DNA of 64,000 nucleotides. Source: Acidobacteriota bacterium. Its GTDB lineage: Bacteria; Acidobacteriota; UBA890; WLXD01. Both the position numbers and the translations under genes were made by a program. The notes beneath the pieces were generated by a model, which made no database searches, had not been told where the DNA came from, and was given only the letters and a program-made list of their open reading frames with translations. How positions within the stretch are numbered: the first letter of the stretch is position 1; each line of letters starts with the position of its first letter. Positions 29,859-40,600 of this stretch are shown here, in pieces. The stretch is taken from contig CBDBHB010000007.1 of the NCBI GenBank assembly GCA_965205505.1, positions 288,001 to 352,000 on the forward strand, given 5' to 3'.

Positions 29859-30612
29859 GTCTCCAGAGTTTCCGTATCGTTTGGTAGTCCGACAGCATCG
29901 CCATTTTCGCGATCCGCAGGCCGGTACGCCCGCCGCGCCAGCCGCCCTGGACGAGCAACTCACGCAGGAATGCGGCCGCCGGCACGACGCCCATCCACCA
30001 GATGGCGTTCAGCCAGTTGACGCGACGACCGGTGTCATACCAGTCTGCCGCCGCGAGGCTCGAGTAGCGTTGGCGCTTCGATTCCAGCTCATCGAAATCT
30101 GCGTATGTGTGATGGTCCAGATGGCCTGGTAGTGTGCCCAGCGGTCCATCGTTTATCAGCACCGGGTATTCGTGCACCCGCCGATCGACGTACCGGGCGC
30201 AGCCGCGACGAAACAGACGCAGGTGCACGCATTTGTACCACCCAGAGAAGCTCACGGGCTCACCGAACAGCCACGTTAGCCGTCGCAGCCGATAGCCATC
30301 GAAACGGGTTTCGTCAGCCGCAACGACCTCGCGGATACCGTCGGTCAGCTCGTCCGTGAGCCTCTCGTCGGCGTCCAGGACGAGGATCCAATCGCAGGTC
30401 GCCTGCTCGATGGCGAACTGCTTCTGGCGCCCGAAGCGGTCCAGTTTCCTTCGGTAGACCTTGTCGGTATGGCGACGGGCGATTTCACGGGTCGCGTCGG
30501 TCGATTCGTCGTCGACGACGACGATCTCGTCGCACCATGCGGCCGAGTCGAGGCATTCGGCGAGATTGTCTTCCTCGTTGCGCGTGATGACAACGAGCGA
30601 GAGGGTGGCCAT
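29827..30612 (-). CDS. Glycosyltransferase family 2 (beta-1,4-glucosyltransferase-like)
   Basis: ITRNEE, VVVDDESTD, WILVLDADE, LRLFRR, VHE. Confidence 0.9.
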   Translation of the reverse strand: MATLSLVVITRNEEDNLAECLDSAAWCDEIVVVDDESTDATREIARRHTDKVYRRKLDRFGRQKQFAIEQATCDWILVLDADERLTDELTDGIREVVAADETRFDGYRLRRLTWLFGEPVSFSGWYKCVHLRLFRRGCARYVDRRVHEYPVLINDGPLGTLPGHLDHHTYADFDELESKRQRYSSLAAADWYDTGRRVNWLNAIWWMGVVPAAAFLRELLVQGGWRGGRTGLRIAKMAMLSDYQTIRKLWRLSRAARAADS

Positions 30613-30817
30613 GCTCTCTGTCCCGGCACATCATCGGCGGCTAGCCGCTCGGATCGCCGAGCCTGTCTCCGTTGAAACCGCCCATCCCGCCGAGTATACA
30701 GGTGCCATCGTAGTCCCCACGGAAAGGAGGAAGCATGAGAGCCACGAGGCGAATCTTCGTGGGAATCGCCCTGTCGACGGCCGTCGGCGCAGCGGCGCCC
30801 CGCTACAGGAGACTCCG

Positions 30818-31421
30818 ATGACTAGAAGGATCTCGTTCCGAAGCGCCGCAACCGTGGCCTTCGTGCTGTTGCTCGGCGTGGCACCGGGAGCCGCCGATGA
30901 CGCATTAGTCACAGTCAACAAGCAGATCACGATCGTGCACGAGGCAGGCGACGGCGCCAAGGGAAGCGATGCCGCCATCGAGTTCGACGACATCGACGTC
31001 CAGGTCGAGCATGGCGACTGGCAGGCGAGAACGGATCTGAACGACAACAAGAACGCGACGTTCTGCCTCCGCTACGTCGCCGGTACTCTTGCCTACAGTT
31101 CGGCCCTGCAGGTCGCGTGGACGGGCGTGACCATCAATGGGCAGCTCGTCAGCAATCAAGGCAAATGGCAAGGAAGTCAAGCTCATCAACTCGTTCAAGC
31201 TCAAGGCGGTGCGGGGCGATACTGATCGCGTGTGCAAACCTGTTGCGCTCAGCAAGATGCGCGATGTGATCCGCGTCGTGTTGCGCCACAAGAGCGTGAA
31301 GAAAAACAAGGACGTCGACGGCATCTATTTCTGCCTCTTCGAGCTCTTCAGGTCGGTGAACTCAAGATCCGCCGAGCGCCGCACGGCGCTACCGTTCGCG
31401 GCACCAGCGCCGCGGGGATAA
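30818..31421 (+). pseudogene. Secreted hypothetical protein, apparently frameshifted near 31150
   Basis: AGGAG RBS and signal peptide. The frame with GC-typical codon use switches at about 31150 to the 31137..31421 frame (AIKANGKEVKLINSF...). Confidence 0.5.
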
Positions 31422-31429
31422 GGCTCCAT

Positions 31430-31708
31430 CTAGTGCTCCTGATCATAAGTACGGTGACGTTTGCAGGAGCGAGATGCGGGCGAGATCAAGGAAGGGTGAG
31501 GAAGGCGATGCCTTAGCCATCCTCGACGAGCCCTGACGCCGAGATCGCCCGCATATCGCTCCTCCCCTCTGGGTGGCCGCGGGACCGGCCACCTTGGGCG
31601 TCGCGGCGCCTCGACGATACACCCAGCATCGCCCTCGTCGCCGCTCCTACAATTCGCCCCGGTCGCGCGCGCCACAAACGTCACCGTACTTATGATCAGG
31701 AGCACTAG
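31430..31708. mobile_element. 279-bp non-autonomous structured element, type A (MITE/REPIN-like)
   Basis: Perfect 34-bp terminal inverted repeats (31430-31463 and 31675-31708) including CTAG at both ends; internal nested stems; between convergent genes. Confidence 0.8.
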
Positions 31709-31760
31709 TGGTCTGTGCAGGAACCTACGGCGTTGGCCCGAGGTGAAGGCCGAGACCTGC

Positions 31761-33074
31761 TCAGACTTTTATTCCCTTCTTCACCGCGTGCTCGATTGCA
31801 TCACAGAACCGATCGAGCTCTTCGAGCGTCGTGAACACGCTCGGGGAGATGCGCAGGCCGGTGAACTCCGCGTGGTTGATCGCCACCGTGATGATGCGGC
31901 GCTCGTTCCAAAGCCAGTCGTTGAGCGCCGACGTGTCGATGCCCTCGACGCCCACGTTGGCGATCCCGGCAGCCTTGCCGGGCGCCTGGCTCGTATTCAG
32001 GTAGACGCGGTCGGAGAACGCCTGCAGACGGTTGGCCCAGTAGTCGCGCAGATAAACGAGCCGCGCTTCCTTGCGCTTGGAGCCGATGCCCTGATGGAAG
32101 GTGAGGGCGTCGCCGATGGCGAGGTAGTTGGCCGCCGGATGCGTACCGATCTCCTCGAACTTGCGTATGTTCTCGTCCTGCCTCTCGTTCGCCGCCATCA
32201 GCGGCCACAAGTCTTTGATCTTGTCGCGGCGCACGTACAACAGCCCGGTGCCGTGGGGGGCGAACAGCCACTTGTGCAGGCTGGTGGCGAAGTAGTCGCA
32301 CTCGAGATCGGCGATGGTGAAGTCGAAGTGCGCCAGTGAGTGGGCACCGTCGACGATCACCGGGATGCCGTGTCGGCGGCCCATGTTGGCGACCTTGGCC
32401 ACCGGCAGGATCTGGCCAGTGAGGTTGATCATGTGGCACATGTGGATGATGCGCGTGCGCGACGTGATGTTGCTTTCGAACAGGCGGACGATCTCATCGT
32501 CGTCCTCGGCCGGAACCGGCACCGAGATCTGCCTGAGCACCACACCCTCGCGGCGCTCGCGCTGCTTGTAGGTGGTGATCATGCGACCGTAGTCCTGATT
32601 GGTGGTCAGGATCTCGTCGCCGGGCTCGAGGTCGATGCCCAACTGGCAGATCTGTAGTCCCTCGGAGGCATTGCGCACCAGCGCCAGCTCCTCGGCGTCG
32701 GTGTCCCACTCCATCGCCAAGCGCTCGCGAACCTGTTCGCGCTGCGGCTCGAGGATCTTCCACATCGCATAGGTGGGCGAAGTGTTGGAGTAATCGAGGT
32801 AGCGTTTCATCGCCTCCTGTACCGGTAACGGCGAAGGGCTCACGCCGCCCGAGTTCAGGTTGATGATGCCGGCCTCGGCGCTGAACGACTGGCGCACGTC
32901 GTACCAGAAATACTCGTCGTCGGAGAGCTCGGCGGCGGCGCCTGGATGAGCCGCGAGCCCCTCCGACGCGGCGATGGCATGCGCTCGGCGAACCGGGCTG
33001 AGAAAGGCACCACCACCGTATGCGGCAGCGGCCGGCCAGGAGAGCGCTCCGAGGAATTGACGCCGGTTGACCAT
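31761..33074 (-). CDS. Class V PLP aminotransferase (isopenicillin N epimerase/cysteine desulfurase-like), Tat-exported
   Basis: NRRQFL Tat motif; NLNSGGVSPSP, VDGAHS, TSLHKWL PLP lysine, GLRISP. Confidence 0.85.
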   Translation of the reverse strand: MVNRRQFLGALSWPAAAAYGGGAFLSPVRRAHAIAASEGLAAHPGAAAELSDDEYFWYDVRQSFSAEAGIINLNSGGVSPSPLPVQEAMKRYLDYSNTSPTYAMWKILEPQREQVRERLAMEWDTDAEELALVRNASEGLQICQLGIDLEPGDEILTTNQDYGRMITTYKQRERREGVVLRQISVPVPAEDDDEIVRLFESNITSRTRIIHMCHMINLTGQILPVAKVANMGRRHGIPVIVDGAHSLAHFDFTIADLECDYFATSLHKWLFAPHGTGLLYVRRDKIKDLWPLMAANERQDENIRKFEEIGTHPAANYLAIGDALTFHQGIGSKRKEARLVYLRDYWANRLQAFSDRVYLNTSQAPGKAAGIANVGVEGIDTSALNDWLWNERRIITVAINHAEFTGLRISPSVFTTLEELDRFCDAIEHAVKKGIKV

Positions 33075-33158
33075 CGCTCGCACCTCAGGACGAAAGTACG
33101 GAAACATCCAGTGGAGTCGGATTCTACTCTGGAACCGCCGCGCAGCCCACTGGTGGAC

Positions 33159-34241
33159 TCAGCGGCAGCAACGCTGCGCCGGGTCGTCGGGCGAGGTGAA
33201 CTCCTCCGAGGCGAACACCAGCCGGATCCAGCGCTTGTCATTATCCATCGTGGCTTCCAGATCGACGCGCACCACGCGTCCGCCCGGCTCTACATACGCC
33301 TGGTCGATTCCATAGCCGACATCGAGCTCCCACGCGTGCATCGTCCGCGGCCCGACCTCCACATCAGTGCTGGGCCCGAGCTTGAGCTTCCAGGTGTCGA
33401 AGTAGCGGTCGCGATTGGCGAAGTTGTCGCGCTCTCGCGCCATCCAATTCCCTACGCCTACGGGTCGGAATGGCGACTCAGGGATCCCGGCAGGCATGAA
33501 GAACATGAACTCGCGCTCGACCTTCTTGGCGTCGCCGGCGGGATCGATGTGCTCGAACAGCGCCGGCAGGGCGATGCTCAGCAACCCCGGGTTGGCGAAC
33601 GCCGGATCTGTCTCGACGCATATCCTGCGCCCACTCCCCAGACACGCCAGCGCCGATGGCATCCAGGCGTACAGGCCCCGCGGCTTGTCGAGATCCATGT
33701 TCCGGTAGCCGGGAATGCTGACCTTGAAATCCCAGTCGCGGGTGCCAATTCTGAGGTCCTTGCGGAATCGCTTGTCCTCTTCGTTGTAGGTGAAGACAAC
33801 GTGGCGGCGACTGTCGATGGCCAGGTTCTCGCCACGTTGAGCGAAGCGCTGTTCGAACTCCACGCGCACCGGAAATCCGTCCAGCGTGACCTGAAGGTGA
33901 CCTTCCACCTGCACGCTCATGAGCTGCTGCGACGGCCGCAAGGCGCCTGGAATCATTTCGAGGCGCTCGTGCCCGAAGCTGAATTCAGCGAGCTTGATGT
34001 CGCCCTGCTCCACGAGCCCGTCGAACACGATCCACCACTCGGCCACCTCGCCGCCTGCCAGGGCGTCGGGGGGGCCGAGCACATAGCGACGCTCCTCGCC
34101 GGCCCTGAAACCGAAGGCCGAGTCCGTTCGCGGGGCCTGGGGCCGCGCCGAGCCGGCACTGGCGGCGAGGAAAATGATCGCTAGGGCGCCTGCGGTAGCG
34201 GGTAACAGCAAGGACCGTGGGATGACATGGCCGGTACGCAT
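33159..34241 (-). CDS. Hypothetical secreted protein
   Basis: Long ORF with signal peptide and coding-like composition; no recognised motif. Confidence 0.6.
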   Translation of the reverse strand: MRTGHVIPRSLLLPATAGALAIIFLAASAGSARPQAPRTDSAFGFRAGEERRYVLGPPDALAGGEVAEWWIVFDGLVEQGDIKLAEFSFGHERLEMIPGALRPSQQLMSVQVEGHLQVTLDGFPVRVEFEQRFAQRGENLAIDSRRHVVFTYNEEDKRFRKDLRIGTRDWDFKVSIPGYRNMDLDKPRGLYAWMPSALACLGSGRRICVETDPAFANPGLLSIALPALFEHIDPAGDAKKVEREFMFFMPAGIPESPFRPVGVGNWMARERDNFANRDRYFDTWKLKLGPSTDVEVGPRTMHAWELDVGYGIDQAYVEPGGRVVRVDLEATMDNDKRWIRLVFASEEFTSPDDPAQRCCR

Positions 34242-34526
34242 GGCTCCGATACTATCAACGAGACCGAGCCGGCGGCGACGACCGCCGGGGTCGTCATGGA
34301 ATGTGACTTACCCATGGAAGCTCTCGCCGATTGTTGCCAGCAAGAAGCTTCGCGTAGCCTCGCGAAGCGCCGCCGGGTCGCCCGCTGCGACGGATGCAAC
34401 AGGCTCGTGCTGTCCTACGGCGACCGCGCCGACTACGAGCGCACCATCGCGGAGCTGACCGACAACGGCGTGGAGTTTGAGGTCGGGTCGAGCGGCAAGC
34501 TCCTCATCATTGCCTACCAGCGTTGA
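34227..34526 (+). CDS. Small Cys-rich hypothetical protein (CC...CxxC)
   Basis: LADCCQQEA..VARCDGCNRLVL; start may be ATG 34296 or 34314. Confidence 0.55.
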   Translation: MAGTHGSDTINETEPAATTAGVVMECDLPMEALADCCQQEASRSLAKRRRVARCDGCNRLVLSYGDRADYERTIAELTDNGVEFEVGSSGKLLIIAYQR

Positions 34527-34654
34527 CGCGATACGCCCGTCATGGGTAGGCGTCGTACCGCCTGGTGCTCGGTGCTCCTGACCGCCCGGCTTGTGGGCGT
34601 CCTGCTGCTCGGTCATCTGGACGGCAGCACGCCAGCGCAATCTGGCGCCATCAA

Positions 34655-37600
34655 TCAGGCCGAACGCGCCTTGCGAAGGTGCTCTCGAATCGCCTCGACA
34701 AACCGTGGCACGGTATCCCAGACATCACCGACAATCGGATGCACGAGGGGTGTCTTGCGCTGCTCGTTGAGCTTCATCAGCGGTGCATCAGGGTCAACGT
34801 TGAACGACAAGATTACCGCTCGGTCGCCGATGTAGTCGACGTGCTGCGGCGCGCCGGATACCGCCAGGGCAATGATCAGCTTCGGGTTCACCGATACACC
34901 GGTTTGCCCGATCTGGCGATCGGCCGGAAGCAACTCGAGGTCCTGTGTGACCTTTCGCGTCGCCCCGATCATCACGTTGCGCAGGCCCATCTCATCAACG
35001 AGCAGCTGCCGCAGCGGCTCGGCGAGCTCATCGATGCCCGCTCGACCGCCGGCGCCGTAGCCGAAGTCGATGATGATCTCGGCGTCCTGCAGGGTGTCCT
35101 GGTCGCCCGCCAGACTCGCCAGGAATCGGGCCAGCGGATCGTGGCCGGCGTCGTACTCCAAATCGGGCGACCATTTGTAGACTTGGGGTTCCTGCTCCCG
35201 TTCGGAGGCTCTGCGTCCGCCAGTAAGATCGAGCTCCACCGTTGTCCCCAAAGTGAGGACACGGAGGCCGCTCTCGAGCGGCAGCTCGGCCTCCGCACGA
35301 GCTGCGCCTCCATAGATTCGCGTGGCGACGCGGGCGTGTCCGCCGCCATTCGAGATCGACTCGACGTTGTGCCAGCTCCAGCAACGACCGGCCTCGGTGT
35401 TCGCAACGCCGCCGGCCACGAAGCGGGCGAACAGCTCATTTGCCCAGGTTGCCGCAAGCAACCATCGGAGCTCACCGCGGTACTTGGCCCAGAACTCTTC
35501 GAACCACTCGAGATGGCCATGGGCGCTGAAGCCAGCCGCTCCGGCCATCGCTACGATGTACGCCCGACGCGGTCGCACGGCGGCCAGCACGGAGCCTGCC
35601 ACGACCTCCGCGGAAACCTGATCGGTATCGACGGGCACGACCACATCGAGCAACATGCCAACGCCGTCGGCAAGATCGCGAGCAAGACGGAGGTCGGAGT
35701 TGGCGCTTGCGGGGAGCTCGTCGCCGACCGGCGCCAAGACGAACAAACAGCTCCCCGCCTCGTCGTCGCTGGGCTGCTCACGCAGCGACAGCATCCGACC
35801 TTCGTAGGCACTGGCAGGGTCGGTCGCCGCAGCTCCGACCCCGGCTACATCGAGCAGCACACCAACCGCATCCTCCGGCGAGTCGACGCGTAAATCGCGT
35901 CCGTTGCTGGCCGCCACCGCTCGTGCACGATGACGAACACGTACGGTGGCTCGATCCCCCACCAGGTCCGCGGCCGACAGACGCTCGATCTCGGCGGTCG
36001 CAGCGTTCAACCAGGCGCTGAGATCATAGTCGGCTGCTTCGCCGAGACGCGGGAGGGTTGCGACCACACATGGGATCTGAACCGATAGCTCGCGGCCTTC
36101 CCATGAGGCAGCGGCTATCTTCAGCCTCGTGGCGGCACCATCGCCCCAGCGCAGGCTCTCTACTCCGCCATAGACCTTGCTGCCCAGCGCCACGGCCAGG
36201 TAGCTGGACACCACCCCTTGGCCGGTATCTGCGGCGCTCGCGCCGCAGACCACCACGTCGGCAGGTCGACGATTCAATGCGGCGGCGACCACACGTGCCA
36301 CGTAGTCCCCGTCGTGTCGCACCGAGCCAACGCCGTTGGAGGCAGATGAATCGAGATGTACGGCATGATCGGCGCCAAGTGCGAGTGCCGCACGGACGAC
36401 ACTGGCGCCATCGACCCCCGCCAACGTGTAGACGCTGACCTTTATGCGTTGAGGATCGCGTTTCTTGAGCGCGAGTGCCGCCAGTAGCGCGGTCTCATCT
36501 GCCGGATTAGTGAGGCGGAGCGGCTCGGCGAACTCACCATCGGCGAGCCGTGGTCGCGGCGCCGTCGCCGGCACCGGCTTGAGCAAGACCGCGATCTCGA
36601 TCTCGCGGGCGAGATCGGGCTGTTGTCGCTGCTCGATCAGATCGTCGGGCACGAGGCCCCAGCCCTCGGTCGGAGCTCCAGTCTCCTCCAAAGACAAGAA
36701 TCCCAGCTGCGTCTCCGGCGAGTACCGCCCCTCCACGAGATACTCGAGGGCGATCGCGCAGCGTCGCTCTAGCGCCTCGATGCGGGCCAAAGCGCGCTGT
36801 ACGAACAGCCGCGAGGCGCGCTCGAGGCGCGCCCGGTATTCGGCTGGGACTTGGCGCCGTGCGTTCCACTCGAGTCGGTAGAGCACTGCGTCTATCACCT
36901 TGGTCATCCCGGCGACCTCGGCCAAGCGGAAGAAGCACGGTTGCAGCCCGACGTTCGCCCAGACCAGCTGGCCGAAGCTCGCCACCGCACCCTCGAGGTG
37001 GTGGAGCAAACGCTGTCTGGCTCCACCGAGCGCCGCAACCAGCTCCGGATAGGCGAGCTCGTGGCCCTCGGGATCCCCGGCACCACGTTGCCACTCCGGC
37101 AGCACGCGCTGGACGAGGTCCTTCAGCAGCAGAAAGCGCTGCACCTCGTTGGTGCCCTCGTAGATGTTCAGCACCCGGGCGTCGCGCCGCGTCTTCTCGA
37201 CGCGGTGCAGCCAGGTCTGGCCCTCGAGCCCGCGCGCCCGCTCCATCCAGTCGATGCAGTCGTGCTCCGACTCGGTGCCGTAGTACTTGCCGATCGCCGA
37301 CTCCATGCGCACCGAGTCAGTGCACTTGTTGTCGAGCAGCCCGATCATCTCGTAGGTGACCGACGCCGTCCCGACGAGCTCTTCGGCAACACGCCCCATC
37401 CAATATCGCTCCAGCGGCCTCGCCGGGGCGCGCGGCGCATACTCGAAGCCGGGGGCAACGTCACCGCGCAGATAGGGAATCGCATCGGCGGCGAGCTCCG
37501 CGATCGTCGAATGGGTCGTCACCGCCAACCCCGCACGCCCGGTGTTCAAGGTTTCGAGCGCGTTGACCTGACCACGACCGCGGAAGCCGATAATCGCCTC

Positions 37601-40600
37601 GTGCGGCACACGGACGTTGTTGAGCGACAGCTCGTTGGTGGGCGAGCCACGCTGCCCCAGCTTCTCCTCATCGGCTCCCACGACGAGCCCTTCGGCGTGC
37701 CGGTCGACCATGAACCCGGTAACGCCCTCCGGCTCGGTGCGTGCGTACAGCGCCATGCAATGACAGAAGCGCCCGTTGGTAATCCACATCTTGGCGCCGT
37801 TGAGCACCCAGTACTCGTAGAAAGAGTTGCCGGCGGCGTCGGTTCGCAGCAGGCCGATGTCGATGAACTGAACCTTGCGACCACCGTGCATGTAGAAGCG
37901 CGTTCGCTCCGGCGCATCCTGGTCGTAGTCATACTCGGAATGATCGATGAGCGCCGGCTCGGCATCGTCTGCGAAGCGATAGAGCAACCGGCGTTCGTCG
38001 TAGTCGTGTTCCACCCGATCGGCGTCGAGCAAATAGCGTCGCTCGAGCTCGTTGTCCTGGTCGAGCCAGAACCACAGCACTCCGTCGTCGTCGCGGTGCA
38101 CGCGTCGCCGCGCGGCGCGCGCCATGGTTTTCACGCCTCCGGAATCGGACCCGGCAGTAGGCTCAGTAAGCGCGAACGCCGAGATGTAGCCGGCAGAGAT
38201 CGTCTTCAGGAAGAGCTCGTGCGCGCGCTGCCGACGCGGGTACTCCGCGAGGCGCTCCTCGACGGCACCGAGGACGTCATCGATGAGCTCGCGCGCCTGG
38301 CGCAGCTGCGCGCCGAAGCTCTCGAGATCGCGCTGCTGGCCGGCCCGTGTCGCCGCCTGGAACGCCCGCAAGAAACCGCCACCGAGGTACTTCAACACCA
38401 TCGACTCGGCGACGCGCTTCTTGACCAGCGAGCCGATCTCGGCGGTTGCCGCGGCAAGCGCATCGGTGTTCGGCCGTCTCAGCATCGCCAGCACGCGGTC
38501 GATGCCGTCACGGATGTCGCCGAGCACCTCGGGATGCTGGCGCACGCGCTCGAGCTCGGCGCGGGCGCGCGGCAAATCCTGGTACAGGCCGATGAGCGCC
38601 GGCGTCGTACCGATGCTCGTGTTGCCCATGATCGCCAGCGACAACGCCGCATCGCCGTACCGGCCGATGAGCATCGAGAGGATGTAGTACTCGGCCTTCA
38701 GGGCTCCCTCACCGCCGAGCTGTTGGGCAATCGGCATGCGCATGAAGCCCCGCCTGACCATGTAGTCGAGGTCCTCGTCGGGAATCATGTGGAGCTTCTC
38801 AAGATAACGTCCGTACGGCAGCCCATCGAATCTCGGCGCCTCGAAACGCTCACGGAGCTCGGTCTCTAGCTGCCTCCGATAACGCGCCAGCCCCGGGTCG
38901 TGGGCCAGTATCTCGGGCACGCAGCGACGCGACCCAGGGTCGAAGCCGTTGCGAAGCCACTCACCAGATTCATGCGGCTGATCGGCGGTGTAGACGCTCT
39001 CGTAGGGCTCGGAGTCCGGAATCGACGCCGCTGCGAAGTCGCCATTCTCGAGCAACTCGTCGCCGGCGATGAGCGTCGCCGGCGCGAGACCGGCCGCGTC
39101 GATCAATGCCGGAATCTCGGCATTGAGCCGATCGACAACCAACCGCGTCGCCTCGACCATCGCCTCGGTCGGTATGCCGGCGTCAATCCGCCGCATCGAC
39201 CGTACCAGCAAGCTCTTGGCGGCGAGCACCTCGATCACGATGTTGCCGGCAGCGTATGCGGTCAGATCATCGTCGGCACTGCCAAGGCCGCCCGCCCATT
39301 CCTCGGTCTGCTGACATGCAGCCTGGTAGCGTCGTGCCGCCTCGCCAAGCAAGGCATGCTCCGCGGCGCGTGCCGCCCATCGTTGCTCGTCGTCACCGCA
39401 CGGGATCAGGTCGCAGCCCGATCGGGCGGCGGCAAGCCGGCGCCGCCCGACCTGCACGCACAACGCATCGTCGTGGCCGAGCAAAAATCGAAACGGCGCA
39501 CTGTCGCGGTAGTACTTGGCGATGTCGTCATCTTCCGAAAAGGCGGTGCCCCCGAAGATCTGACCGGTGTTGTAGCTGAACGAGCGATCGCCCGGGCCGA
39601 AGGCCTGGCTGGCCAGCACCTTGCTGACCGCCTGCCCGGTCCATTGATCGCCGCCGCCCGGATTGGCGAGCGCCATCGACTCGAGCACGTAGCGGTGCAC
39701 CTCCATCTCAGCCAGCATCTGCTTGACAGCGCCGAACTTGGCCACCGTGTCTCGGCCGGCCTCGTCCTCGAACGTTCCCGGGAACTGCACGCGCCCGGCG
39801 GCGTGCTCGCGGGCACGCTGCAGCAGGTACCTTCCAGATCCGCGAACCGTCGCGAGGTAGCCGGGGAGCGCCACGCCGAGCACCGCCGCCCAAGGCTCTC
39901 CGGCCGCCGGCGCCTCGAGCACTACCTCGTCGACTACTCCCGAAAGGTCGACGCGCCGCGCCGCAGGCACCGTGATGCAGTCGCCGCGCAGGCGCCGGAT
40001 CCGCGCGCCGATCAGACCCACGCTGCCGACGTCCTCGATCACCAGTCGCGGGTCATCGGCATCGATGAGGAAGCCGTCGCTGCCGACGACCACGAGATAG
40101 CGTTGCGCCAGCGCGGTGGGAACGAAGTCGGCGCACACGTCGATCTCGACACCCCCGCCTTGCAGGCGGCGCGCGGCGCGCTGACCACCATGGATGGTCG
40201 CGGCAACCACGCGTGCCGCCTCCAGCTCGGTTTGCGGAGCACCGGCCAGCGCCAACAGGTCGACCGCGAGCAGATGCGACGACGCCATCAGCGCCAGCGC
40301 CGGGTCGGTTGCCGCGAGCTCTTCGAGCACTACGTCCCGAAGCCCGTAGCCGTCCGTTTGCGGCGCCGCGGCGGCAATCTGGTTCCGCAGCCAATCCTCC
40401 TGCTTGTCCGACATCGGTTCGCCGCGCTCCAGAGCACGCACTGCATGGTTGTCGAACCAGCGCTCGCAGCCCTCGCGCACCTCTCCGCGCCAGGCCTCGA
40501 AGTCACGCGGCTCCGCCTCCCGGCGCCGCCACTCGACCGCCTCGAGCTGCTGCTCGACGCACAGGTCGTCGCTCACGCCGACATCGGTCTCAGGCGGCGC

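Noticed and set aside
25267-31708. Repeated ~34-41 bp sequence as a CRISPR repeat
   Set aside because: Only three dispersed copies, one inverted, with no regular spacers and no cas genes. Better explained as element termini.
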